Of a stretch of 64,000 nucleotides of DNA, positions 33,480 through 45,600 are shown one piece after another; positions within the stretch are counted from its first letter, which is position 1; each line of letters begins with the position of its first letter. This DNA is from Acanthaster planci (Eukaryota). Both the position numbers and the translations under genes were made by a program. The DNA lies in NCBI RefSeq assembly GCF_001949145.1, contig NW_019091358.1:1426961-1490960 (forward strand), in the 5' to 3' direction. Under the pieces are notes generated by a model. The model did no database searches. It saw only the letters and a program-made list of their open reading frames with translations, and had not been told where the DNA came from.

Positions 33480-36400
33480 ATGGGCAAGGGCTCCCTGCAA
33501 AAAGACTTTGAATTTCCATCTGTCATCTTGAGCTGTTTTCAGTGCAGTAGTGTTGCTACCCCAGTTCTGACTGACAAGCTTCAAGTCCGAGGTGAAGGCA
33601 TGAGAGTGGACGTCATGAAGAATGTGCCAGGTGTGACTGTTGTCCAACCCATCAAGCGTAGGATAGGAGCTGAGACAGCTGCACCCAGGGGACCCTGTCG
33701 GGACATCACTAATGTCACAGCATCATTGTGCAGCCCACCAAAGCGGGTCAAGAATGCACCCATGACAGTGACAAGCAAGGAAATGGCAGCATTTTTAAAA
33801 ATCTTTGGTAAGGGATCAACTCAACATTAATGTCACAACATCACTGATTGATAAAAAACTCTGGTCGGGGCAGATAGCTGCCACACCAACACAAATTGGT
33901 TCTGGATACAGTTTTGTATACTGACATTCGAGCTGATGGTTTTGAATTTGGAAAAACTGTTATTCAACGGAATAATGGGGAATACTAGTAAATTCGTCTT
34001 GTGTCATTCACCCCACCCCCCAAAAAAAAACCAACACAACAAAAACAAAACTTACACACAAAGAAACATTTTGGCCATATAGGCTTGTTATCTGCAGTAA
34101 AAACAATAATTCTAGGAGTTATTCCAAAATAATTATAGATTTTCAAATATACACCCTACAGGGACACTAAAGGGACAGTTTTCCTGCCATGTTTTATGGA
34201 GGATCTTTAAGAGGATTTTATTGCATTTTCTGCAGTTTTTGTATGAGAAAATTATAAAGGACTGTTAGCAAGAACTGTGATTTTCTTCATCTTTTGGGAT
34301 CTCACAATGTTTTATTGTAGTTTTTTGTTTCTATTGAAAACATTTAAAGGATGTTACAATATATCTTTACCTTTTATTTAAACTGTGCTTATGTTCTGCC
34401 AAGATAAATTGCCAACAACGCAAAACATAAAGTTAAAATAATTCAGAATAGAACCCTTGCTATTTTATGGAGTATTTTTATATTTACAGATGACAGTCTG
34501 ATTCGAGATTTCTTGTGGATGGACAGCTGTGCTAAAGTAGCTGACAAGGTAATACCTTTGGAAAATTGTTTTACATTTCTTAGCACCATCAGTGTTTTAC
34601 ATTTAAATTAATTAATTCAGTTTCAAAGTCATACATGCTACTGTGTATTTCAAAACTTCTATTGTTTTTCAGAATGATTTTATTTGAGTTTGTAGATTTG
34701 AATTGGAATGAGCGTTACTATTAGTCAGTATGGACAGGGCTTTCCCTCAAGAGTGAAAAATCCTAATGGTTCTCAATTCACACCATTCCATGCACTCCTC
34801 ATTTTAATCAAGAGCTCTTGTGAATTCTTGTTGCCAGTATCTCATTGCAATGGCCTTTGCATACTTCAAGAGAGCCAACTATACAACCAACCAGTACACA
34901 AGAATGAACTTCTTTGTTGCTCTGTAAGTTTTATAATAATTAAGTGGTTATTAAACTTACTCACGTGACAAGTTTCTGAACAAGTCCTCAATTAGGAAGA
35001 TTTTTAATAAAATATAGTTAATTGTCACCAGAGTGCACGTATTTCCACTGTACGTTTACATTTTTAGAATAAGGTATTTCATAAAGGTATGGTGATTTTT
35101 GGTGAACTATCAAATATGCAGGATTGTAAATAATATTCCTCTGTCCAAAATCACTCCGAGATGGACAGTATTCCGTTAAGACAGAGTTTTGATCATTTTC
35201 TTCGTGTATAACATAAACTATCTTTCATTGTTTGAAGGTATCTTGCAAATGACATGGAAGAGGATGAAGAGGAATGCAAATATGAAATCTTCCCCTGGGC
35301 GCTAGGCCTGACCTGGAGAGACAAGTACCCAAGCTTCCTGAGGAAGCGAGACAAACTGTTAAAGACCATCGAGTACAGAGCAGCAGTGAGCCGCAAATGC
35401 TGTGAAGAGGTCTGTACATCCATTGAACTTTTGTATATTCCCAAGGCAAAATGAATTAATCATCGGCAAAATAAAACTGACCTATGCTGGTGATCACAGC
35501 AGTGGAGAATGTGCATTGTGAAAGTCATGTAATTCTAATGAAATAAAATACTATCACAGTTGAGGGAGTCTTTCCCCAGGTTTGTTCGAAATGCCCATGG
35601 AATTTGAGAAAACAAGCTCAGTTTTTGGAAATTAGTTGTTCGCTCTCCACCAAATGGGTACCTGTGAGGGCAGACACAGTTATGTTTAGCTCGTTTGTTT
35701 GTTCCGAAATGGAAGCATCAGTCTAGTATACTCCCCAGGGAGCTGAGAGGGAATGTTCAGATGATGTGATCTCAGTGTGCAGGGATAATGATAATAAGCA
35801 CATAATAGTAAGCGAGATATTCTGTAATATTTACAAATAGGTCATTTGGGAGACATTTTGTGGTAAATTTTTCAGCATTAGGGAGGCATTGGCTTTTAGG
35901 GAGACATTTCAGTGTCTCCCTATTTTCAAACTACCACAAGGAGGCCGAATTTTACTGTCCATATTTTGAGAGATGATAGATTAGGGTCTAAAATGAAAAC
36001 ATACAAAGTTTCGTTCAGATCAGATTAGGGAATATTGTATTATGGGACAGTAAAGTTGAAAAAATTTTGTGCACGCTCCTATGGGAATGTCTCCCTAATG
36101 ACCCATTAGCGGTAATTATATTACATGCTTTATAAGAACTGATGACGATTATTATGAAATCAAGGTGAGCCTAAAAACTGTATTTAAATGTTTGCATTTG
36201 CTTAACTTAAACTACTCTGGATGTGCATAAAGAACAAACATTCGAGTTGAGAAAATTTGGAATTGAAGTCAAAGTTTGTGTTTGAGTAAACTGTTGTGAT
36301 CTGTAATTTTCAGCTGATGGCCATATCCCCAGAGCACTCCATCTGGATGAGGGAGCGTCAACTCCACCATTCTGGTGCCATCAGGCATTATGAGAACTAC

Positions 36401-37232
36401 GTCGGTAGCGATGACAGCAATGAGAACTACCCCCGTGGACCTGGGATGTCCCCCGTCCACTGTGAGCTGTGTGCCGAGAGCGGCAGCTTCGCCTACTGTT
36501 CCCCTGGCTCACAGTTCACCACCAGCCCAAGCTGCCACCTGTACCTGGCGTCTTGCACTGACACCTCCACTGATAGCCTGGGGGAGGAAACCCCACCCAA
36601 ACCCTACTCACCCAGCATGTTTGACATGCACGGTAGGTTTCAGCTGCTTACCACATTCGACAGTATTTTTTTCTTTTAAACTGCGCCTTTAATCAAACAA
36701 ACCATTACCCATGAATTCACCAGAAAATTGACAAAAACAAAAGCTGCTTATGCATATACAAATACAAGGTACTATGCACATGTAGCCTTCTGGCATCCAT
36801 TTTCCAGTGCATTTTATTCATTAACAAAATACTAACATAAATGTGCAATAATTTCTGATGACTATTCAAGGTAACATGAATTTTCATGTGGAGTGTTGGA
36901 ATCATAATTTTCATGTCATTTAATTTAAATATTATAGATTGCTTTATTTTCATAAAATCTTCAAATCCAAGAGCTAGAGTTCTCAACACTTGACAGCTCA
37001 AGGAATGTTATAAACTTTTAATGGTTCATGGTGTCCATTTGTCATAAATCGTTTAAAAAGTCTTTGGAAAATGTTTCAAAGTGGTTTTACTATTTACTCA
37101 ATGCAATGTCACTCAGATCGACTGGTTTACCTTTTCCATGAAATTTTGCCCGTTTTTCTAGGATTAAAGAGTACTCTTCAGACCGAGCCCAATGAAGAGG
37201 ATTCCTACTTTTGGGCAAGCTGCCACGAGTAA
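33480..37232 (+). CDS. SPDYA: Speedy/RINGO family CDK activator (Speedy A-like)
   Basis: Exons 33480-33807, 34490-34548, 34838-34923, 35238-35409, 36314-36632, 37162-37232 (TAA). Speedy box: [33 protein letters not shown]...[29 protein letters not shown]...[12 protein letters not shown]...[12 protein letters not shown]. The start codon is uncertain (splice acceptor at 33444; upstream exon not fixed). Confidence 0.93.
35640..35815 (+). mobile_element. SINE-like 3' fragment in a Speedy intron
   Basis: CTCTCCACC-AAATGGGTACCTGTGAGGGCAG...TATACTCCCCAGGGAGCTGAG resembles invertebrate deuterostome SINE bodies (from recall). Confidence 0.45.
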
Positions 37233-38250
37233 AAGGGATCCAAAACAAAGCCTCACCACAATACGCTTGTCATGCCAATAATGATTATGCAGTAATGTAG
37301 ATTGCTTTCGCACGTTTTGGCAGTTTCTGGAGTTAACCAGTCTTGAGAGAAAGAGAAAAGTTTCCTTTTTAAATTGACAGGGCATCTTGTTTTAAAAAAT
37401 GCTCCGGAAAGGTAACTTTCCAAATTGTATTGAAAACTTTATCTATAGTACAAATTATTTCCGGCAACATAGTCAAGTACACAAGTTAGAAAAAATGAAT
37501 TTCCAGTTTTACAATAAAACGAAAGCCCAAAACTGGAGTAGTAACTCTTCAAATACAAAATGTATATTTACTATTTACTTCAAGGTTAACTGTATTCAGC
37601 TATGTACATTCGTATTTATTAATTCTATTTAAAGTTTAATATTTAAAATGCTAAGATGCTTTACAGTTGAAGATAACTTATTGTTGCTCTGTCCTTGGAT
37701 TTAAATTTGCATTGTCGTTTTGAAGAAAAAGGTTGATATTTAAAATTTTTGTACAATATTTATATTCTGTTAATATTGGTTTTGAAATTAGGTGCGTTTG
37801 ATTCTGGTTTTTTAAGTTATAATCTTTTCAACTTTTAATTTCAGGAGAAAAATCGATTTTTTTTCTGATTGTCTTGAGAGCCAAAAACATGTTTTTACTA
37901 AATAATATCTTCAGAGAAGTCATTGTGTAATGTGAATTAAAAGGTCTATTGTTAATTCTTTTAAGGGGTTTTGGAATTCAGACCAGCAATAAAATCCTAA
38001 AGTAACGAAAGACATTTGTTTGATATGTCATCTTTAGGCGCAAGATATTATGTATACAAGTGTTCCTTTTATATTAAATTATCTCTAAATATGACATTTC
38101 CATGTCTTTAGCCTTTCGATATTTTGCCAAAAATGGTTTGACACGTAGTTCACCTGAATCAAAGAGTTTAACCAGTCTGACCAGGATCATTTACTGACTG
38201 TAAAGTGCATTACATTTTTCTTGCCTTTTTATTTTGAGTAAAATTGACAC

Positions 38251-38930
38251 CAGTGGTGCAAATTTGTGCCGGAAATGGGGGGTGGGGTTGACTTGGCTGG
38301 CCATGGAAATTTGAAAAACGGGGACAGGGGTTGGTGACACCATACGAGACTATATGGGGACGATGTTCATATTACAGATGTACATTAGCCGTGTGCCCGG
38401 CAAAAGGTCGTCAGCGCACTTTCGCCCTTTTGCCCGGAAGCATGATCACAGTACGAAAAATGTTCCCGGTAAAAGGGCGTAAGAAGCACACTCTATTTAG
38501 TAAAAACGGGTAAAATTTACTACAAAATCAACACAGGCTGTGCCAAAGGCAACCTTTGAACAACTTATCAGACGACTTGGGAAATGTTTTTGAAACTATT
38601 TGCAAAGAAATGTTCATATTTCATTAAAATAAAACAGTTGCATTCGCATGTCCTTTTGCCTGAGGAAACTTTTTTGCAGCGATTATGCTTCCCGGCAAAG
38701 GTCGTAAGCGCTTACGACCTTCTTCCGGGAACTTCTGTAATGTGTTACACTCATGCAGAATTTTACATCATAAATTCTGGTTGTTGGGAAGTCCAAAAAT
38801 TTAGTTTTAAAATCTCCGGCAATTCTTTCTCACCACGAAAAAGTGGAGGATTCAATAGCCCGTCCCTCCCCCCCCCAGCGTAGGAAGGAGGATATGGAGT
38901 ATACTCCCAGCCCTCGCAATTTACGCTCAT
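38251..38930 (+). repeat. Repeat family copy 2, interrupted by a nested foldback MITE
   Basis: Homology to 31134-31482 and 51935-52200 stops at ~38385 and resumes after ~38740. Confidence 0.7.
38386..38739. mobile_element. Foldback MITE, TA-flanked
   Basis: Arms CCCGGCAAAAGGTCGTCAGCGC...CCCGGAAGCATGATC versus GATTATGCTTCCCGG...GCGCTTACGACCTTCTTCCGGG, about 100 bp imperfect inverted repeat. Confidence 0.7.
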
Positions 38931-41900
38931 GGTTGGCGCTGATGAAGTCTTTAACCTCCACTTAGAACACCGTGGTTTAGGCACAGCGAAACGCCCGCAA
39001 TTTTGTGCACTAGAAGTCAGTGGGCAATTCCTGTTACGTAAGTTTAGATATTTTTAAGAATGCAGTGCTTAAATGTATCGCATTAAAAGGTCCCCAGGGA
39101 TACGCCACTGAAACTAACACGTAATCGAGGTGAAAGATATGTGCGTTGGCACAGTGATTCGAGTTTGCTGTAACAAGGCTACCCACAATGGCTGCCTGCT
39201 GACTTCAAAGTAATTACTCTCAGAACAAGTAAATACGGAACTTAAGAAGTGATTTAAACAAATCATAACATTCCATGGCTTAACAATTAACAGTAACCTG
39301 TGATGGCCTCAAAATAAAAAGCCACGAGATAACCCCGACCACAAATGGCCAATCCAGTAGTTTACGCGTGAAGCAATTTTTGTTGTGACCCGGGTTATGA
39401 CTTCCCTATTATACACGGAATAAATACGAACCCCTCCTCTAAAAATCCTACAGCACGAGGTGGAGATCTGGGACCTTTTTTCAGTGAGGTCACATCGAAA
39501 AACGAAAGTATTTAGAGCTGGCGTTCTCACCCAAAGCTATTTTCTCTTTTGTCAAACTACAGTGGGAGAGATGTGGCCTGCTCCGAGGCCCAACGCAAAT
39601 TAAAGCCGAGGTTAAGCATGCTGGGAAGACATGCATCAAGAGATTGATTGTTAGTATTGTGTTCATTTCATCTGGGATCTATGATGCGCCTAATTCCTTT
39701 ATTAACCAAGACTTCCCCTATGATGCAAGTCATGGGGCGGAGAGAACCCCGCCTTTGTATTGGCCATTGTTTGATCGGAATCTCAGGAATTCTTTACTGA
39801 CTTCTAGGGAGGGATAGGATTGGACATGGGGGGGGGGTACCCATCGGCCCCACATCGTGCACGGTATCGGACTTCCCTCAGCGCTGCGCTAATGCCCCAG
39901 AAGAGCTGTATTTCGCCGTGTCAACTTGTACGTCGCGTCGCCCAGCGCCAGGGCGCTTGGGAGCGAAGGTGGTGTTTGGCTACATTGTGAACAACAGTAT
40001 CATTGATCACGTGTCTTTGGGTGAAATGTTCAAATCGCTGGTTGTCTTGGTCACTTTTTGATGAGCGGATAAAGTGTAGTGAGAAGGTTTTCAGCAATGA
40101 GGAAGAAAAAGAAAAAAAAAATCGAATTGATAACTGCCGCTTGTATATAGAGCGAGCTCGCGCGCCTTGCAGAAATTTACCCACAATGCTCTACGCGTCG
40201 TTAGCTGTGACCCCGCGTGACGTATTTCCTTCCCTAAAATCTGTGCAAGACAGCCTTGCCCAGCACCCAGTTAGGGCGACAAGCGATATAAGGGTGCACC
40301 ACTAAAAATAAATTCCCGTAGACAGCAGTGATAATTCCCCATACTTCACAAATATTTTAAAAACACTACTCTCACAGGTGTTCAGTCTGCACAGAAAAAT
40401 GATGTTCCACATGTCCTCTTTCATTTTCCTTTCAATTTTCTGGGGGTTGGCCAATGAATTTTTGAGAAATTTTCACCAGAAGCAGACCACCCCTAAAATG
40501 CAGAAAATGTCCCTGTCCAGAAAAGTAGCCATTTTGAAAAACCTATGGTGTTATTATGGTCAAATAGTGCCACTTTTAAACCCGATTGCATCCAAATTGC
40601 TCGGAATTGGAAGCCCTGAGTCCGGCCCAGAGGTCCAGTCTCATATTTCTTCAATTCCTCAGTTCCATGGCTCTCAGGACCCTCTAATATAGAATATTTT
40701 GAGTGTAGAACTTTAATTAATGAGCTCGGCGGACATATTTCTGGCCTAAATACGAGGGTGCACCCATAAGGAGGGGGGGCGGACTTGTCCCGATTGACGC
40801 CCATGCCATAGGCCAAACTTGTGAACAAAAGCGGGTCCGCGTTTTGATCTCGTTCCACCTAGACTAGATCATGGAGGTAGATAATGGAGCAATTAAAATA
40901 GCCCTATCTCGGTTTGTGACATGACACGCAGTGAAATGGCAACCACATTATGGTCCAATGGTCAATCGGTCACAGGTCACCACTAATCCAGGCGTACAGG
41001 GTACATGATAGAAGGAGCACAGAGACAGCTAGCTCTGAAGGTTCTGTTAATAGGAATTTTAATCTTCGCACGACCGTAAGGACATCCTCAGGGTATCGAT
41101 TGCCGAGTCCAGTGGAAAGCAGCAAACAAGATGCACACTGTGTATATAGTGTTCTGCAAACAAGTACATGCGTAGGTCTACACCTAATTCCGCGAATTTC
41201 CAGTGCAAGTCAGGTTTGACAGTTGGCTAAGCTTGAAGGTGTGACTGTAAGCATCAGTCTGAAAGGTCAGTAGGCCTAGGGGCTGGGCGTATAGTAAACG
41301 TTATCTTACCCTGTGGTTTGACATACAATGTTATACCTTAGAGGTGGGAACGATCGGTTGTCCCGTTATGTTTGCGTGTGTGCAACCACGCGTGCATAAA
41401 AAAATGTACTAGAAGTGTTGGTGCATGATGATGGTAACCATTTCGGGATCTTGACAGTCGAGTCTAGCGCACCATGGAGGTTGGTACCCCCTCGTCTCCC
41501 CGTTCAAAATTTGTATATTAGTTGACACATGGGACTGAGCTCGATTCTGTTGAAACTGTGACACTAGGGGTACAGTATATGGTGCCCCCTGATGATAACG
41601 TTTGAAGTACCCCCACAGCTTTACACCTGTACCCTTGAGCCACTGCAGCGAAGAACAGTCATTGTTCAAATTTCAGTAAAGAATTTTACGACGCCACCAA
41701 ATATTCCACGCAGTTGCCCGTTGGCCATCTAAAGCAATTGAAAGTCCTAAAAAGTCAAAATAGTAGCGAATTATGAAGGTATTTTGAGACCAGAACGAAT
41801 TCCATAATTATACGGATGCCACTTTTACCCCGTGTGCACAAACCCTGTAAGTACATGTAGACAGAACAGAAGCGAATGATCAAACTTGAAATTGTCAGTG

Positions 41901-42607
41901 TGTATAGGCTCTGAGCCTGGGCGGCGTTGTCCATAAAAAATGATGCCCCCCACGAAGGGGGTTGGCTGACACTACGCCATGTGTGCGGGGTCCAAGCCAG
42001 TGCCTGCGTAACGACAGAACGAAAATGTGATTATTAAATTAAAGAATAAATTACTACAACATTATAACGTGCTTTCCTATGGTTAATACATGAAGCGCCC
42101 TCCGGATCATGACATCACAGTGAAGGTAATCTGAAAAGTCAGAAATATGGAAAGCATGGGCGCGTATAGGGGATAGAACCACGACGCATTTTTGCTATGC
42201 GTACGGGGAGAGGTATGTCGGCATTTCTCCCGCATGCGGGGTTGTGGCTGGCTTCCATCGTTACGAGTGCTGTCAAGTGCTTTTCAGTGAGTACATTTAG
42301 TAGAGTGTTTCGTAAACATGCCTTGAGTTTAATACGCGCAATACAGCGATTAGGCCTATACTCAAAGTTTGTGAGTTTCATAAGAAAAGATTAAAACAGA
42401 AAATACGTATTTGTACATCTTTCAACAAACAACTCTGTCTGATTTTGATGCTACAACTTAAGTCGGTTTCGTAGCTAAGAAAATGTGTTAATGTGTTAAC
42501 AGAGATCTCGTTTTTAGTTCGTATAGCGAGCAAAGCAAACTGAGTTTCCTTTTTCATGTTTTACAGTTGACGCCACATGAAGTTGCCCTGTTCCGTGATC
42601 CATCGAG

Positions 42608-45600
42608 ATGGCGAGATATCTTTATTCCTTGTCTGCTGGTATTTTTCGAAGGGTGCGCGAATTACCTTTTAATCCTGAGAGTACAACCCGTTGTCTGTCA
42701 TTTACTGCAGGTATGTGGGCCAAAGGCAAAAACGTATTCTATGTTTGTTAGTTATCGTCGCTATTATTCCGAGGTCTACTTTGAGAACAAGGTTGTGTAA
42801 CTTTTGAATTAAGAAAAAAACCTTTGCCGAACCTTTGACTTGGTGATGTTTTTTGGGGTTGTTCGTTCTCTTCAGTTGGTACACCCCACACTCCTTATAT
42901 CGAGAAATTTACAGCAATGCACTGTTTCCCCCATTTCATAAAAATTCCTTAAATTAATTTATTCAGTGCAATGCAGTGATCTGGGAGTGCACATGCCTGG
43001 CTTTATTTGTGAGTATTTATAAGTAGGCTATGTTTATAGATCTGGACCATTTACACTTTGATGCCTTGTTTTCAGTTCCGATTGTTTATTCGCATAAAAT
43101 GCACTATAAAATAAGCAAAAATCATATGCAAATAAAAATTAAACGGAAACATAAATACACCAAAAAATACTCATTTATATGTGCATTTTGTTACATGACA
43201 TTCCGTCAAATTATTTATAATTTATTTAAAAGCGACATTTCTTTTTTTACTTTTATTTTTACAAATATATACTTCATAGGTGAGTAGGAAAGTAATACTT
43301 ATTTATCAAATATTCGCACCGAAACCCTCAGAAAAACAACAAAATAAAAGCAACGATGTCGATACAGTAAGTAAAGCTTTTGATATTTTTTTTAACTTTC
43401 CAAACATCATGGTGAATGAGCCCGAAGCCGAATTCACCTTTGAAATTGCGCCCCCCCCACACCAAAAGCTGGACACACCGCTGCCGGGTTAGTGACCCAG
43501 GGCACTGTAGTTTTATATGAAGGGATTAGTCCTTGCATTTGGTGGTGTTCTGACTTTCTAAAATTACAGTTTGTTATTCGAACGGGTTTGACGGAAATCA
43601 ATATGAATTTTTCCGATTGAAAAAAAAAAATAGGAAAACAATCACTGCACTCAATTCTTTTACAGTCTATTTAATTTCGTTATTTGGTCGTCATTTGTTT
43701 TTCTTCAGATAAGTCGAAGGAACCCAGAGCCACGGAGAATATTCTCCCTCACATCGTAGAATACGACGGACCATTGATGACAACCGCAGTGCCAGGACCA
43801 AAGTCTCGAGTAAGCATGATTTCAGAAGGCTCTATGCGGCAAATGTTGACCGGCTCCATGCTTTGATCCCAATGAAAGAGGGCAGTGAAACTCAGCAATA
43901 ATGTACGGGGCATTTCAGCTGGGTATAGCACGGTTTGGCACTGATCTCGCTCCTATATGGACTCATTCATTAAACACTATCGGTTTATACAAAAAAGAGA
44001 ACGATAATTAATTCAACAGTGACCTTTTGCACTTTGAAGCGAGGATCATTTGAACTGTAAACCGATATGCATTTTTATGTTCTGTCCTTTTTCCGTCCAT
44101 CGGTATCTTTTTCCGGAAAATACCTTCGAAGAGCTACAAACTCCTTACACAATTATCAAGATGTATTTTTTTTTTTTTTTTTTATATATAATCCTTACAC
44201 AATCTAACTTATTAATCTCATTGCTTTTGTAGGAGTTGCTGAAGTCGCTTGATGATGTCACAAAGGTGAGTGATCAATTAAAACTCGGTTATTAAGCCAT
44301 TAAAACGCCCTCTGACCCCGGCAAGGTGTCGAAGATCCTTCAACAGGCTTCATAAGTCATGTCCGCTATCCTACGTAACCTATTATACTGGGCATTACAT
44401 GCAAAAACTTTTCCTGCACTTCATACCGTGCTTGTATAAAACACAGATCTTTCCAGCTTTCAGTAACTGTACTCCCAACAAATTCCGACAAGTAATAATC
44501 GCATGAATTACGGCATGACTTGTATGCAATAATGGAAAGTATAAGAGTTTGTAGGGAATGTGCGAATCTTATATAAAGCTTTAAAGCATGATAGTCTGTT
44601 CGGAACGAGTAAAGAATCAAAATTATATAATAGAAATGCTGCTCACCGTTGAAATACGACGCGATTACTTGATCGTCATTACTGGATTTGTTAGTTTTGG
44701 AATGCGTTGTTGTTTTGCGAATAACCCAAATATAGATGAAAATGGCAATAAACATCAATATTTTCACTCCCAAAGTTAGATACGGCGATGAAAACACAGA
44801 AATCAATAAGCAACTTCTCTCTAACGCTTCCGTATCAACAAGAAACTTTTACGCATTGAATTAGCCTGTACCCACCATGACTTCTCGACCATTTATCTCA
44901 GAACGTGGAAACTGTCCAGTATTTCGTGGACTTTGAGCAGAGCCTGGGTAACTACATCGTCGACGCGGACGGTAATCGCCTCTTGGACGCATTCATGCAC
45001 ATCTCCTCCATACCAATCGGTAACTCTAATCGTTAAGACACATTTCAGCTATAGCATCAACTCGGGTTCAAAGACAAGATCGTTTACGAGAAATTTCGGT
45101 AGTGACGAGTGGTTTGCAATAGGTTTTCAGACCTGAGATTTATTTCTATCCCTTGTAAAAGATTAGAAGACTTAACCTATGGAAAACTTAATGATGAACT
45201 TCTGTCACCCATGGAGTGATCAAAACCGTCGATCAAGCATGATCGAAACTGCTTTCAACGCAAATACATTCCCCTTCACTCAAAGCGAAACTATTGGATC
45301 ACACGGAGCACACAAACTTGCCTACGACGGTTACACCGATCCATTTATGTTTTTTTGCACGAGTCTGAAACTTGTATTTTGTGGGTTCAATGCGCAGGCT
45401 GCGTCCTTAAACGTGATGCTTCCCGATGGCAAGGAGAACGTTCAAAGGAAATACACGCTGATGTCTTCAGCTCAAGTACAAGCCACGAAAAGGAGGCATA
45501 GGCACGGTGTCTTTTAATCAATGCTACGAGGAAAATTACTCTCTACTCCCCCTGCACTCAAACCGACCAAACTCTTAGCTGGAGATTATCATGAAAATGT

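Noticed and set aside
39000..41100. Short ORFs between Speedy and ABAT
   Set aside because: No recognisable domain or consistent splice chain; looks like repeat-rich intergenic or promoter DNA.
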